Source: Euprymna scolopes
Lineage: Eukaryota
DNA: 64,000 nt
Assembly (NCBI GenBank): GCA_053919585.1
Contig: CM132790.1
Strand: one strand, 5' to 3'
The stretch's first letter is position 1. Every line of letters starts with the position of its first letter. Shown here piece by piece: positions 49,401 through 61,606 of the stretch. Both the position numbers and the translations under genes were made by a program. The notes under the pieces are model-generated. The model worked only from the letters and a program-made list of their open reading frames with translations, had not been told where the DNA came from and did no database searches.

Positions 49401-50999
49401 AATTAGGAAGGAAAAACGAACTACAGAAAGACTCAGTGAGGGAATTCCATAATAAAATTAACGGAATTTCCTATCAACACGGCATTGAACATTGACAAAC
49501 CATAGCTGAAACGTTCTTTCAACTGATAAAAATTCAATTCTCTGTCTTTCTCAATTATTCTTTCTGTCTTGACAGCTACAAAAACATAACTACAAACACA
49601 AGAATGAAATCGAGTGCCTAACTTATTTTGTAGATGCGTATTGACAACTGGACTTAAAAACTAATAGTTTCTTCCTCCGAACTGTTAGATTTTTAAATTC
49701 CTACCCGAGTTCCTGTTTCCTTGACTGTCCCAAAATACAGAAGTTCAATGGTAGTGTGAACAGACATCTCACTGCTCAAGTCCCTCGATAGTATTCCTGT
49801 ACTTTTTGTCCCAATTAGTAGTCTCTTAAGTTCAAGGGGCACTGTGCCTTGTTTGAGCTGTATCAACAATACGAAAAAACTTCAGATCCAATTTTCACGT
49901 CGAATAGAAATATGGGCACATTTTCTTATGGATATATTAACAACTAACAAATAAAAAAGAATGCTACCTATAAAAAGAATGCTACCTATAAAAAAAAAGA
50001 ATACCTATAAAGAGTTTGGCTACAAACACAAGTTCTTTAAACTGAAAATCAAGTGTTCAACATGTAAAACAGTCCACACGCTTTTTCACAGTCATCCTTC
50101 TTTATATTTTAAACCACAGGGTAGGCATGGCATAATAGATACAGATGTTTACTATAGTAGCACTAAGCCATGTTTAAATATAGTTTAAAACTTATTTATA
50201 AAATAAATAACCCTCATATGTGTAGAACCAGTCATTTGAGACTTTCGTGTGCAGCATAGGCGATTCATTGTCATTTCGTTCGGGAGAGGCGGGTGTAAAC
50301 GATTGAAATTATTAAGAAAAAATTTTTAATCGAATCATCTGGAGTAAAGTTTAAAACTTAGCAGAATAATAGCATAGGTTATGACGTTGTTTTAGTTACA
50401 GACGAACATCCACATAATCTCCATTATAATAAGTAGTGAATATTTTTGAATGTGTGTGAAATTATATTCACATTACCATAGTGTCCAATTTTTTGACATC
50501 AATGGATTAAATACATTATTGGGAAGATTCTAAAATATTCAGTTCTCCGCAAGGCCTGCTATTATCGCATCTGTATTTATTGCGATTTGTGCTGCAATCA
50601 AACGATTTCTGCAGGTGATATTTAATGTTGGTTAACTTCTGTGAAATATCACATTTTCGTTTCAATCACGCCTTCTAATTGAAACATCGTTTTGATAAAA
50701 CAATATCGGTATAATTTGGCTTCCTTTTCCTATCCACCGGGTTGTTAATATGGCTTGCTGGGACAGAAAATAGTATGAATTGTGTAATTAACACACACAT
50801 AGAAATAGCATGAGGGCTGAAGGGGCAATGACGGAGAAGGAGAAGGAGGAGGAGGAGGAGGAGGAGAAAAAAGAAGAAGAAGAAGAATAGTAACATAACA
50901 ATAAAAGAAAAACATAAACAACAACAAGCCGACGAACCTATGCTTTTGAGATATATTTTTAAGTTCATCAACATCGCCATCATCGTTATCATCATCAAC

Positions 51000-51142
51000 A
51001 TATTGTATGAATCCAAAGATTCTGTTATTGGCATTGGTTTCCCCGATATTTTTTTAGTCAGAATCATTTCTAAGGGGATATTGGTTACTTACGAGATGAA
51101 CCACGAGAAAGTTGCCAACGTCCGAAGTGAAAGTTTTGTGTT
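51000..51142 (-). mobile_element. SINE body (family of 54800/61410)
   Basis: gttgccaacgtcc.aagtgaaagt and tagtcagaa.c.ttctaa match the reverse complement of 54865-54990. Confidence 0.65.
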
Positions 51143-51339
51143 NNNNNNNNNNNNNNNNNNNNNNNNNNNNNNNNNNNNNNNNNNNNNNNNNNNNNNNNNN
51201 NNNNNNNNNNNNNNNNNNNNNNNNNNNNNNNNNNNNNNNNNNNNNNNNNNNNNNNNNNNNNNNNNNNNNNNNNNNNGAACTTGGGGCACCCAGGTTTTCA
51301 GTCCGTGTCGTTATAAAATATTGCATTAAAAAAATCTAC

Positions 51340-52517
51340 TTTTCTTCTTAGTGACATACAATATGGTTTCCGTTCTGCTAGATCTACAGCAGATGTGCTT
51401 ACAGTTATACCTCATAGGATTAGCAAATCTTTCGGCGGAGGCAACCTTTCTAGGGCAATTACTCTTGACATATCTAAGGCCTTTGATAGGGTATGGAATA
51501 AAGGTTTACTTCACAAGGTCTCTAGCTATAGTATAGCTGGAAATGTCTTCTCAATTATTAAATCATTTGTTTCTGATAGGTTAATATGAGTAGTAGTTGA
51601 TGGGCAAAAATCAGGAGCTCACAGTATTAATGCTGGAGTCTCTCAGGGGTCCATCCTGGGCCCAACTCTTTTTCTGATCTCCATTAGTGATCTTCCAAAT
51701 CACATCCTTACATCATTTGTAGACATGTATGCTGGTGACACTACCATCTATGGTAGCACATCTAAGACAGTAAACGACCAAGTTCTCTCCGATTCTCTCT
51801 CCTCTGATCTTGAGCACGTGGTACAATGGGGAAAGGGGTGGCTGGTTACTTTTAATGCATCTAAAACCAAGCTTTTCTCTTTACATCATCAACATTCTGA
51901 TCCCCATCTCACTGCTGATGCTATCCTCTATCTATATAAGAGCTAGGTACGCCCAAGGATGGAACACTGTTGACACATCTGGGGAGGAGCTGCTGGAAAG
52001 GACTTGTCCTGCCTTGATAGAGTTCAAAATAGATTTCGTAGATTCGTAAGAGATGTGTTTTTCTCTTCCCTGCAACCTCTATCTCACAGAAGAGATGTTG
52101 CGAGTTTGTCTCTGCTGTATCGTTATTTTCAAGGAAAGTGTTCGACTGAGCTTCAGTCTATGGTTCCTCCCTCGGCAAACTTTCACAAGAAACACACGTC
52201 TAGATGAAAACACTATCAATAATTCCCCCCACTCTTTATCTGTGCCTAAACCTAAACGTAGATTCCATGAACAAAGCTTCTTTCTTAGAACTGCACGCCT
52301 GTAGAATTGTCTTCCATTTTCCTGCTTTCCAGCTGACTACAATATGGTTGTGTTCAAGTCTAACGTAAACAAGTTCTTGATGTACCGTTTCACTTGTTAA
52401 CAAATTTACCGAATTTCCTTTACTAACGATTACTAAATTGTCCAATTTTTACTGTACACTCTTTAACCCTTATCCTCGCGTGGCCTTGATAAGTGGTGAT
52501 GCCTATGTAAAAAAAAA
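51340..52517 (+). mobile_element. Decayed CR1/L2-group LINE, RT to poly(A)
   Basis: AITLDISKAFDRVWNKGLLHK, GVSQGSILGPTLFL, YAGDTTIY, WLVTFNASKT, LSHRRDVASLSLLYRYF, SFFLRTARL, then a 3' UTR ending in an A tract. Confidence 0.92.
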
Positions 52518-52921
52518 GAGTCACATCCTATCAAGGTCAAATACTACACGAAGATAAGTGCTAATAAAAGCAATGAATTGTCACTTGAATGATGAAGAAT
52601 GTCATGAGAGGATTGAAAATTATAAATAGAACGAACAATAGCTGATTACCCACGAAAACGGAATACACGCATATTTATCGGTATTAGATTTGAAAACGAC
52701 CATGTTGAAACTTGCAGGAACGCAGTTCTGTAGTAATGCATTCTGCAGATAGAAAGTGAACTTTTATTTGATGTTAGGTACACAAGAGATGAAAAGAAAG
52801 TTCTTTACATTGGTGGTAATAAGATGGGCTCTTGTGAATGGCTTACAAGTAGGAAGCAAGAAAGACTAGCAAAAAATTAATTAACAACAAAATATTTTAA
52901 TATCAGAAATACGTAATCGTA

Positions 52922-53180
52922 CGAGGTGCCTTCAATAAGTTTCCAGACTTTTTTCTTTTCGTATGTGCACTTTTATTGATAGTACACACATTAAACTCTA
53001 GTCCGCTTCGAAGTAATCTCCGCCGGTTGCAGTGCACTTGTTGTACAGTTCCAACAACTTCTCTTGTGTTAACGTGCCAATGACCCACCTCACAGCCTCT
53101 TTCATCTCCTCAATTGTGTCATAATGACAGATCTAAGATTTTCCTTTAGCTTAGGGAATAACCAAAAGTCACAGGGGTAA
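52922..53180 (-). mobile_element. Mariner 3' end, same family as 5640-6525
   Basis: TA followed by TIR cgaggtgccttcaataagtttccagactttt; antisense KLLELYNKCTATGGDYFE. Confidence 0.85.
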
Positions 53181-53280
53181 ATCTAAAGAAGGCCGAGGAG
53201 CACAGTGCTTGAAAAAAAGTCGAAATATACGTTGATGACAATAGTCAAAATATATAAATAATCGTTGGTATTGACATGAA

Positions 53281-53400
53281 GGTGGCAGTAGCTAAGTGGT
53301 TAACGACACGGATTAAAACCTGGATGTGCCAAGTTCGATCCACAGAAACACTTTCATCGAGCTCACGGGTAATTTACTAAAAATGAAATAAATAAAATAA
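53281..53400 (+). mobile_element. tRNA-derived SINE (gttaacgacac family)
   Basis: tagctaagtggttaacgacac...aagttcgatcc..gaaacactttca. Confidence 0.75.
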
Positions 53401-53404
53401 TCAT

Positions 53405-53765
53405 TGACGTTTCTGAAATTTTTAGATGAGGATTGGTTATTCGTATTATTTGGATCCATCGAAATACTGTTCTCATTTTGAGTGTGATTTTCACAACGTT
53501 TCGGTCGATGTAACCTCCTACCTTCTTCAGGTGTATCTTGTCGAACTCGGAAATGTTTCTGTCGAAATCGGGAATTTATATGGAATTTAGAGCGAAACCC
53601 TTTATTTATTTCATAAGGGTAGTATGCTCTTGTTCCGTCAGCCATATAATTCGCAATTGTATTTTTCGGTTGCCCACACTAAGGATTGGACCTTCAACCA
53701 TCAGGAGAATATGACTTTTTCTAAGTGATTTTTCCAAGTACTCAAATCACTGCGCCACGGATCCT
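53405..53765 (-). mobile_element. tRNA-like head + body + minimal HHR + tail (family C)
   Basis: Minus strand: gatccgtggcgcagtg (A box) ... ggtccaatcc (B-box-like) ... CAC-CTGAAGA-aGGTaGG aggttaca TCGACC-GAAACGTT-GTG (53533-53492). Confidence 0.75.
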
Positions 53766-53949
53766 GAGTGTGGGTGACCGAAAAATANNNNNNNNNNNNN
53801 NNNNNNNNNNNNNNNNNNNNNNNNNNNNNNNNNNNNNNNNNNNNNNNNNNNNNNNNNNNNNNNNNNNNNNNNNNNNNNNNNNNNNNNNNNNNNNNNNNNN
53901 NNNNNNNNNNNNNNNTGTATATAGTTTTAAATAAAATACTAGGCGGAAG

Positions 53950-54620
53950 TTTCTCGAGAGCTCTTTTTCGGCTATCATCTCGTCAGGAGTAAATCGATAG
54001 CAATCTAAATAATATTGTAACGAAAATAAAGAGTTCTATTGGGGAACTTATTAATGTGCCAACGTACGGGGACATTAATTAAATTTATTTACGTTTAAAA
54101 ACGATTAAAAATATTGGCACAACGAGGGAGAAAAAAAAAGCGGGAGAAAAAAATTCAAAGTTCCCCAAAGAGAAACAATGCGTTTGATGTTTCTTTTTGC
54201 CGGCACAAAGAAGGTTGGCGCACCGCGATAGAGACGGCCTCCAAAATCTTTAAATGGTTTTTGGAGTCCGCTCTATGTAGCACCTCGAACCAATCTATTT
54301 TATATCTATCGGCACAGCACGAGTTGTACAACCAAATGCTGGCCAATAGCAGAGTCCCAGGCTGCAGAAGGAGGGAGACCACCAAACCCCATCCTCCCTT
54401 GTCTGATCTTCGATGGAACATGCTGGTTTATACGAGTCAAAAGGTGCTAGGATGTTCGCCCAACATAACCAGCATCGCACTGGCATCTAAACTGATATAC
54501 AATATTACTATTTTGGATGTAAGGCAAACTATCCTTGCGGAAAGACGGAAAAGCAGGTCTCGTAGTATATACCAAACGCAAGGTCACCGAATTGAAGCAT
54601 CAAATAAAACCAATGGTACA
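53950..54620 (-). mobile_element. Penelope/Poseidon-type PLE remnant: GIY-YIG domain plus downstream HHR-like motif
   Basis: KDSLPYIQNSNIVYQFRCQCDAGYVGRTS*HLLTRINQHVP...FEVLHRADSKNHLKILEAVSIAVRQPSLCRQKE. HHR-like CTC-CTGACGA..GAAA(AA)GAGCTC-TC-GAG at 53989-53953. Confidence 0.85.
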
Positions 54621-54799
54621 GACTTCATTATGTCGCGGTAATGAACATATACAACAATTTTCGGTCAAATAACAAAAAATATTTTAACTTTAAAAAATAA
54701 TAAATTATTACAAATGATTTTAATAACAATATTCATCATAAACACTTATTTCTCAAATCAACAAAAATGAGTCTATTCCTCTTTTTATTGCTCAAGAGT

Positions 54800-54990
54800 C
54801 CACGGTGATAAAGTTGTTAACGACACAGGCTGACGATCTGTGTGTTTCAAGTTCGTTCGACTGAAATCACTTTCATTTAGGATGTTGGCAAACTTCACGA
54901 GATCCCTCCTGTAAGTACTGGATGTCTTTTTAGAACGACTTCTGACTAGAAAACCGATAGCAATAATAGAATTTTAGGATTCGTACAATC
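54800..54990 (+). mobile_element. tRNA-derived SINE (gttaacgacac family)
   Basis: gttaacgacacaggctgac...aagttcgttcgactgaaa.cactttca.ttag.a.gttggcaa. Confidence 0.75.
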
Positions 54991-56176
54991 TGATGATCTT
55001 TTTACGGCAAACAACCCCTTTTTCTTGTTTAATGATGAAAGATATTTTTCTTATTTGAAAAATTATATATTGTGCCAAATAAATTGAAACCAAAATGTTA
55101 CTTTATTAATAATCGTGAAGGATTGCAGTTCATGCGTTTCGTGACGGTTTTAGCCTAGTCGCTAAGTGTTACAAGTCTTCACATGTTAGGCATTCTAAAC
55201 TGTGTGTTTATAACAATTTTGTGTGTTAGTATTATATTTTTTTATGGAAATCGATCCCAGCAAGGCATGAAGTCACTTGAAAAAAGAAATTTCTTTAAAA
55301 AAAAAAATACTATTCAGCGATAAGTGTTGGATAGATTTTGGCCCCCCCAAAATAACAATTCTTCCCTGCTTTCTTAAAAACATCGCTCATTGAATGTGAG
55401 GTCTAGAGGACAAAATACAGGAAGTGAGAAATACGAGGCTTCCGAAAATAAACACTAAATCCAGTTCCTACTCTCCGGACACAAGCTCGACTTTCTATTC
55501 TATCATTTAACCTAAATTTACTGCCCAAGACGGCATTTTCTGTGAGCCACAAGTACTTTTATCTCGGTGTACTGTAATAAGTCTCGCTCTGTATTTCTTA
55601 TATTTATTTCAAAATACAAGTTATTATTTTAAGCAATTGTGGTGTGTTTTAGTTTCTTTTTTCTTTTTAATTATAAAAGAATATCTTTTTGCTCTCTTAC
55701 TTAACGTCATCTTTTTCAACCAATGATAGAGTAACACTAAAAAAAACGCTCGTGTTTTAAGGAAAAAAACACATTGATAATAAATAAATTATATTCACTC
55801 ATTTTAATCGTTGCTAAATACAGAAAGTAGCCGGTTTAGTGTCCACTGATGAAAAATGTTTCCAGTTTTTTTTTTTTTTTTTTTTTTTTTTTCTTTAGTA
55901 GTGACTATTAATATAATAAATAAGAATATTCGTAAACTGTTTTTAATTAATGGGCTTATTTACTTTTATGAATGTATTGCATTTGGTTTCTCATGTATAA
56001 AATTCACCATGTCTGTCTGTATATTTTTCGCCATTTTTGTTAAATTGTATCTTTTCCGAGACAACAGGTTGCAGAAGGTGCGAGGCTGCTAAAATGATTG
56101 TATTTTTTTTTTTGTGGACAGTTTTTAATGGATCTTGGCAAGCATAAGTCGAATTAAAATGCTTCTCTACGCATGC

Positions 56177-56234
<58 letters not shown>

Positions 56235-56510
56235 TCGTTGGTTAGTTGTTTTTGTTTTACGGCATATCAACCCTTTCCAGGTTACTTAATGCCGAATCCG
56301 GTGATTTTGAAGAAATTTTTTTAATAGAATATATTTGTTTTTAGCAAGTCGGTTTCTATTTAACCCATATTTGGGACCCTAACAGGTACTACCACTCCGG
56401 GTCAGAGTGGACCTGGGAGCAATGGCAATTAAAGGGTGGCTCCACACTCCCCAAAGCCCGCAAGCTGGGGCCTCACCATCGGATATAATTTAAGGTCATA
56501 TCCAGGACCA
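56235..56510 (-). mobile_element. Dispersed SINE-like repeat flanked by (TG)n
   Basis: GC-richer block (ccactccgggtcagagtggacctgggagcaatggcaat) with a minus-strand tail gttgatatgccgtaaaac(aaac)n. I recognise it as a common repeat type but cannot name the family. Confidence 0.55.
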
Positions 56511-56583
56511 GTGTGTGTGTGTGTGGTATATGGTTAGAATGTGTGTGGCATATGGTTCGAATATATGCGTGTAAATGGTTAGA

Positions 56584-56646
<63 letters not shown>

Positions 56647-56647
<1 letters not shown>

Positions 56648-57417
56648 TAGCATTTCGGCCCGACGTTGCAGGGGTATTTGGAGGTGTATGCTAAGCAAAA
56701 AAAAACGGTCAATCTTTTAACTTTGACCCCTATTATGACCCCTTAATATTTATTGTTTTGGACTCAAATCAAGTTATTAAGTTAGACCCATGTAAAAGGA
56801 ACTAATATCTAAAATTTCAAGTGTTTAGACCCAAAATTGCCGGAGGAGTTTGCTAGAGTTCTCAAAGGTCAAATCGTTGAACTTTGACACCTTAACAGGG
56901 AAATTTCTGGCCGAAACCCGATCACATCGATTTTCCCAAATCTCAGTACACAGTATATCAAATTTCGAGTCTGTAGTCTAAAAATTGACTGAGTTATTGC
57001 GCAGGGAAATGTACACAGACACACACACAGACACACAAACAGACACGTTCACTTTTATAAATATACTAGGATTTAAGCCCGGCGTTGCCCGGGTATTTGG
57101 AGGTGTATGCTGAGCAAAAAAAAGACGGTCAATTTTTTTAAATTTGACCCCTATTATGATCCCTTAAAATTTATTGTTTAGGGGTCAAATAAAGTTATTA
57201 AGTTAGATCCATGTCCAAGGAACCTATATCTAAAATTTCACGTGTTTAGACCAAAAATTGTAGAAGGAGTTTGGTAGAGTTCTCAAATGTCAAATCGTTA
57301 AACTTTAACCCTTAATCGCCAAATTTCTGTCCGAAAACGAATCACATCGATTTCCCCAAATCTCAGTACCCTGTGCATCAAATGTCGAATCTGTAAGCTA
57401 AAAAGTGACAGAGTTAT
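56647..57417 (-). mobile_element. Tandem dimer of the 1803-2212 Helitron family (56647-57065; 57066 to the gap)
   Basis: Two CTAG+hairpin termini 419 bp apart, with collinear bodies. Confidence 0.88.
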
Positions 57418-57567
57418 NNNNNNNNNNNNNNNNNNNNNNNNNNNNNNNNNNNNNNNNNNNNNNNNNNNNNNNNNNNNNNNNNNNNNNNNNNNNNNNNNNN
57501 NNNNNNNNNNNNNNNNNNNNNNNNNNNNNNNNNNNNNNNNNNNNNNNNNNNNNNNNNNNNNNNNNNN

Positions 57568-57659
57568 CTGTCGTTTGAGCGATCGTGTTTCGATCCTGGC
57601 TTGTACTTACTTGTTTAGCCGCACTGATGAGCTGCGAAACAGTACTGAATATGGATGAC

Positions 57660-57660
<1 letters not shown>
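57568..57660 (+). mobile_element. Second copy of family B HHR-SINE (5' part lost in the gap)
   Basis: ctgtcgtttgagcgatcgtgtttcgatcc...CCGCA-CTGATGA-gctgc-GAAA-CAGTACTG..tggatgact, then (AT)n. Confidence 0.8.
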
Positions 57661-57720
<60 letters not shown>

Positions 57721-57949
57721 CCATTTGTACATTAATGTTAATTTATTTTTAGTTATTTTCATCCAATTGACGATAGCTCACGCGGTAATGTCTCACGCTG
57801 GAACTCTACAAATGTTGGTTTTGGTGTCAATACTAGTTAATGGCACCCAGGACATATGTTATCTCATTATTTTTTAAATTACGATTATATGTTGGGCACA
57901 ACAATATAATCATTAGAGAAAAAACTTTATAAGCATATATACAAAACCT

Positions 57950-58752
57950 GACGCAACATAGTGCATAAAACTTGGACTTAAGGGGCAACATAGTGAATAA
58001 CACTTGGACTTAAGGGTATACATAGTGCATAACAGTTGTGCTTAAGAGGCTACATAGTGCATAACACTTCGGCTTAAGAGGCCACATAGTGCATAACATT
58101 TGGGCTAAACGGGCTACATAGTGCATAACACTTTGGCTTAAGGGGCTACAAAGTGCATAACACTTGGGCTAAAGGGGCTACATAGTGCATAACACTTGGG
58201 CTTAAGGTGCTACATAGTGCATAACACTTTGGCATAACACTTTGGCTTAAGAGGTAACATAGTGCATAACACTTGGGTTTTAATGGGTTACATAGTGCAT
58301 AACACTTGGGCTTAAGAGGCTACATAGTGCAAAACACTTGGGCTTAAGGGCTACATAGTGCATAACACTTTGGCTTAAGGAGCTACAAAGTGCATAACAC
58401 TTGGACTTAAGGGGCTACATAGTGCATAACACTTGGGCTAAAGGGGCTACATAGTGCATAACACTTGGGCTTAAGGTGCTACATAGTGCATAACACTTTG
58501 GGTTAAGGGGCTACATAGTGCATAACACTTGGGCTTAAGGGGCTACATAGTGCATAACACTTGGGCTTAAGGGGCTACATAGTGCATAATACTTGGGCTT
58601 AACACGCTGCATAGTGCATAACACTTCGGCTTAAGATGCACACCACTTGGGCTTAAGGGGCTACACAGTGAATAACACTTGGACTTAAGGGGCTACATAG
58701 TGCATAAAACTTTGGCTTGAGCGGCTACTTAGTGCATAATACTTGGGCTTTA
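57950..58752. repeat. 30-bp minisatellite (~27 units)
   Basis: Unit approximately ggggctacatagtgcataacacttgggcttaa. Confidence 0.97.
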
Positions 58753-59059
58753 ATTTATTAAAAGCAGGAATGAGAAAATCCTGAATGTTAAACGCCAATT
58801 TCTAAGTACATAGTGTCCCTGCAATGAACACTATGTACGAAGTTTTTTAACAAGACGTCTTTTCACATTACACTTTAACTTTGGCGTTTTAGTACCGACA
58901 GGAAAGAAGGGGGCCGATAAGGAATTTTAAAGTCTAGCAGTTTGATTGATGAAGCTATCAGAGTAGAAAACTTTTCGCTGTCTAGGGACCTCTATAGTGA
59001 AGTTGTGGTATTTTGCTTGTTTTTGGGTTAGTGGAGGGTATTTATGTCAAGGAGATTCA

Positions 59060-59262
59060 ATGGCTACGAGTTCATTGAAATACATTTCATTAAAATACCT
59101 GTAAAACAGTTATAGGCATGCAACATTACGTCGATTAGATTGGAGTTTGGTTGATAGTGTGAACTCTATTAAGTTGGAGACTCTTTTCTTGAACCCTGTC
59201 TGAGAGCGAGAGACTAGTAGCAGATGCATCAGCCCAGATGTGACAACAATATTTCATGCATG
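59060..59262 (-). mobile_element. CR1/L2-group LINE fragment
   Basis: Antisense PCMKYCCHIWADASATSLSL..RVQEK; homologous to ~4140-4285. Confidence 0.8.
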
Positions 59263-59601
59263 GTCAAAATTATGGCTTTTTTATGGTCAAAATTATAGCT
59301 TTTTATGGTCAAAATTATGGCTTTTATTGTCAAAATTATAGCTTTTTATGGTCAATAGTATGGCTTTTTTATGGTCAAAATTATTGCTTTTTATGGTCAA
59401 AATTATTGCTTTTTATGGTCAAAATTATGGCTTTTTTATGGTCAAAATTATGGCTTTTTTATGGTCAAAATTATAGCTTTTTATGGTAAAAATTATGGCT
59501 TTATGGTCAAAATTATGGCTTTTTTATGGTCAAAATTATGGCTTTTTTATGGTCTAAATTATAACTTTTTATGGTCAAAATTATGGCTTTTATGGTCAAA
59601 A
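59259..59601. repeat. 21-22-bp minisatellite (~16 units)
   Basis: Unit atggtcaaaattat(g/a)gctttt(tt). Confidence 0.97.
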
Positions 59602-59802
59602 TGCTGAATAAGTGTCTTGTCGAATCAAAATAACAATTAAATTGAAGATTATTATTCTTAATGAGTATTTTTGTTTCAAATCAGAAACTAAAAGTAAAAA
59701 TGTTTTAATTTTACCAAACATTTGAGTGCCTTTGAAAACTATGGAAACAATTAAAAATAGAGCATAAAGAATGATTGATTTCTGCATTTGTGTTTTGTTT
59801 TT

Positions 59803-60750
59803 GTTTTTTTACACAGTAATCACCACTTATCAAGGAAGCCACTCAGGGATAAGGGTTATTGCAAGTACATTACGTTAGTGTTGAGATTTGATCAAGTATT
59901 TACTTAAGGGGGCGGTTCATTAGGAATTTGTTAACGTTGGACTTGAAGACATCCAAGTTGTAGTCCGATGGGAAGCAGGCAGACGGAACAGAGTTCCACA
60001 GGCGTGCAGTTCTAAGAAAGAAGCTTTGTTCATGGAATCCACGTTTGATTTAGGCACAGATATAGAGTGGGGGAAATTTTTCACAGTGGATTCAGCTAGA
60101 CGGGTGTTTTTCGTGAAAGATTGGCGAGGGGGGACCAGAGATTGGAGTTCAGACGAGCACCTGCCATGGAAATAACGATAAAACAAGGATAGGCTCGCAA
60201 CGTCTCTTCTGTGGGAGAGAGGTTGCAGGGTAGAGAAAAGGGCATCCTCACTAAGCCACGAAGTCTATTTTGTACACTGTCAAAGCAGGATAGGCTGTTT
60301 TTAGCAGCTCCTGCCCAGATATAGCAACCGTATTCCATACTTGGACGTACTTGGCTTTTATATAGATAGAGAATTGCATCAGTAGTGAGATATCTTCTGG
60401 GGCGGTAGAAGGATCCCACCATCTTTCCAGCGACCTTGGCAACAGACTTGATGTACGTGTTCCATTTCAGATCAGGAGTAATGGTCAAGCCAAGAAGCTT
60501 GTCAAAACACGGGGCCTCGCCCAGATGAGAGCCATCCATCACAATTGATGCCAGATGGGGATCAGAGCGTTGATGATGTAAGGATAGGAGTTTGGTTTTG
60601 GATGCATTAAAGGTGACCAGCCACTTCTTCCCCCACTGAACCACGCGCTTGAGATCAGAGGAGAGAGAATCAGAGAGAGCTTTGTCATTTACAGCCTTTG
60701 ATGTGTTGCCGTAGATGGTCGTGTCATCAGCATAGATGTCAACGAATGCT
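59803..60750 (-). mobile_element. 5'-truncated CR1/L2-group LINE, same subfamily as 51340-52517
   Basis: YADDTTIY, WLVTFNASKTKLL, LLGLTITPDLKWNTYI, YKSQVRPSMEY, and a shared 3' UTR (cccttatcc..gtggc..cttgataagtggtgat) plus A tail. Confidence 0.92.
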
Positions 60751-61409
60751 ATGAAGACAGCACGCGTAACGACTCATTTCCCCGTCCATCGTTCTACTTT
60801 GTGTTTAAAACATTTGAACAACCTTGCGTTTTGACTCAACTTAGTCGGGAACTTTGGTAAATTGTCGATTCTGCCAACACCTGAAACACAAGAAAAACTA
60901 AAAAATAGCAGGTAGTTATTGAAACATCGGTATGTAAATATAATAAAAATAGAAGTTTATGTTGCTATGTGATACTATAAGGATATATAGGATAGGTGAC
61001 AAAAAAGGAAGTAGGTTTAAGAAGATAGGCAAAAGAAACTTGACATGAGATTGTCGGTTATGGTGAGACAAATGACGGGATCGAACAATGAATAGCGATA
61101 TATTTAGTTTTATGATATTGGGGAGTGGCTATGAGTAAACGACAATAGAAACGATTGATTGTGACAAAGTTGGACTTTACGATAGTTTCCGGTTGGGAGT
61201 GTTTTATGACAGTAGTGAGTTAGACTTTTTACGACAGTACTTTTAACGACTGCAGTCAGCGATGGTCCGGTTGACGACAGTCAGAGTTGAGTTGGACAGC
61301 CAGAAGTATGGAAGAATATATCGATATAGCTATAAGACAAAATGATGGATAAAATCCATGGCACACAGCGTTTGGCAGTCGAGCAAGGTAGCACGTGATG
61401 TCAGAGCTG

Positions 61410-61606
61410 TTTGTTGAGAATCATTGATGACGATTTTGTTGGTATTCATTTCCCCAGTAAATTTCTATTAAGAATTCTTACGGGAGGGGCCGCACATAGG
61501 TTGCCAACGTTCTTAAGTGAAAGTGTTTCAGCGGAACGAACTGGATTCGAAATTAGTACACCCAGATTGTCAGTCTGTGTCGTTAACCACTGAGCCAACG
61601 TCATCT
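61410..61606 (-). mobile_element. tRNA-derived SINE (gttaacgacac family)
   Basis: Minus strand tggctcagtggttaacgacacagactgac...tttcgaatccagttcgttccgctgaaacactttcacttaagaacgttggcaac. Confidence 0.8.

Noticed and set aside
54114-54641. 175-aa + strand ORF
   Set aside because: Antisense shadow of the PLE GIY-YIG remnant, with no recognisable domain.
57950-58752. 30-bp repeat array as a CRISPR
   Set aside because: Units are contiguous with no unique spacers, there are no cas genes, and the context is eukaryotic.
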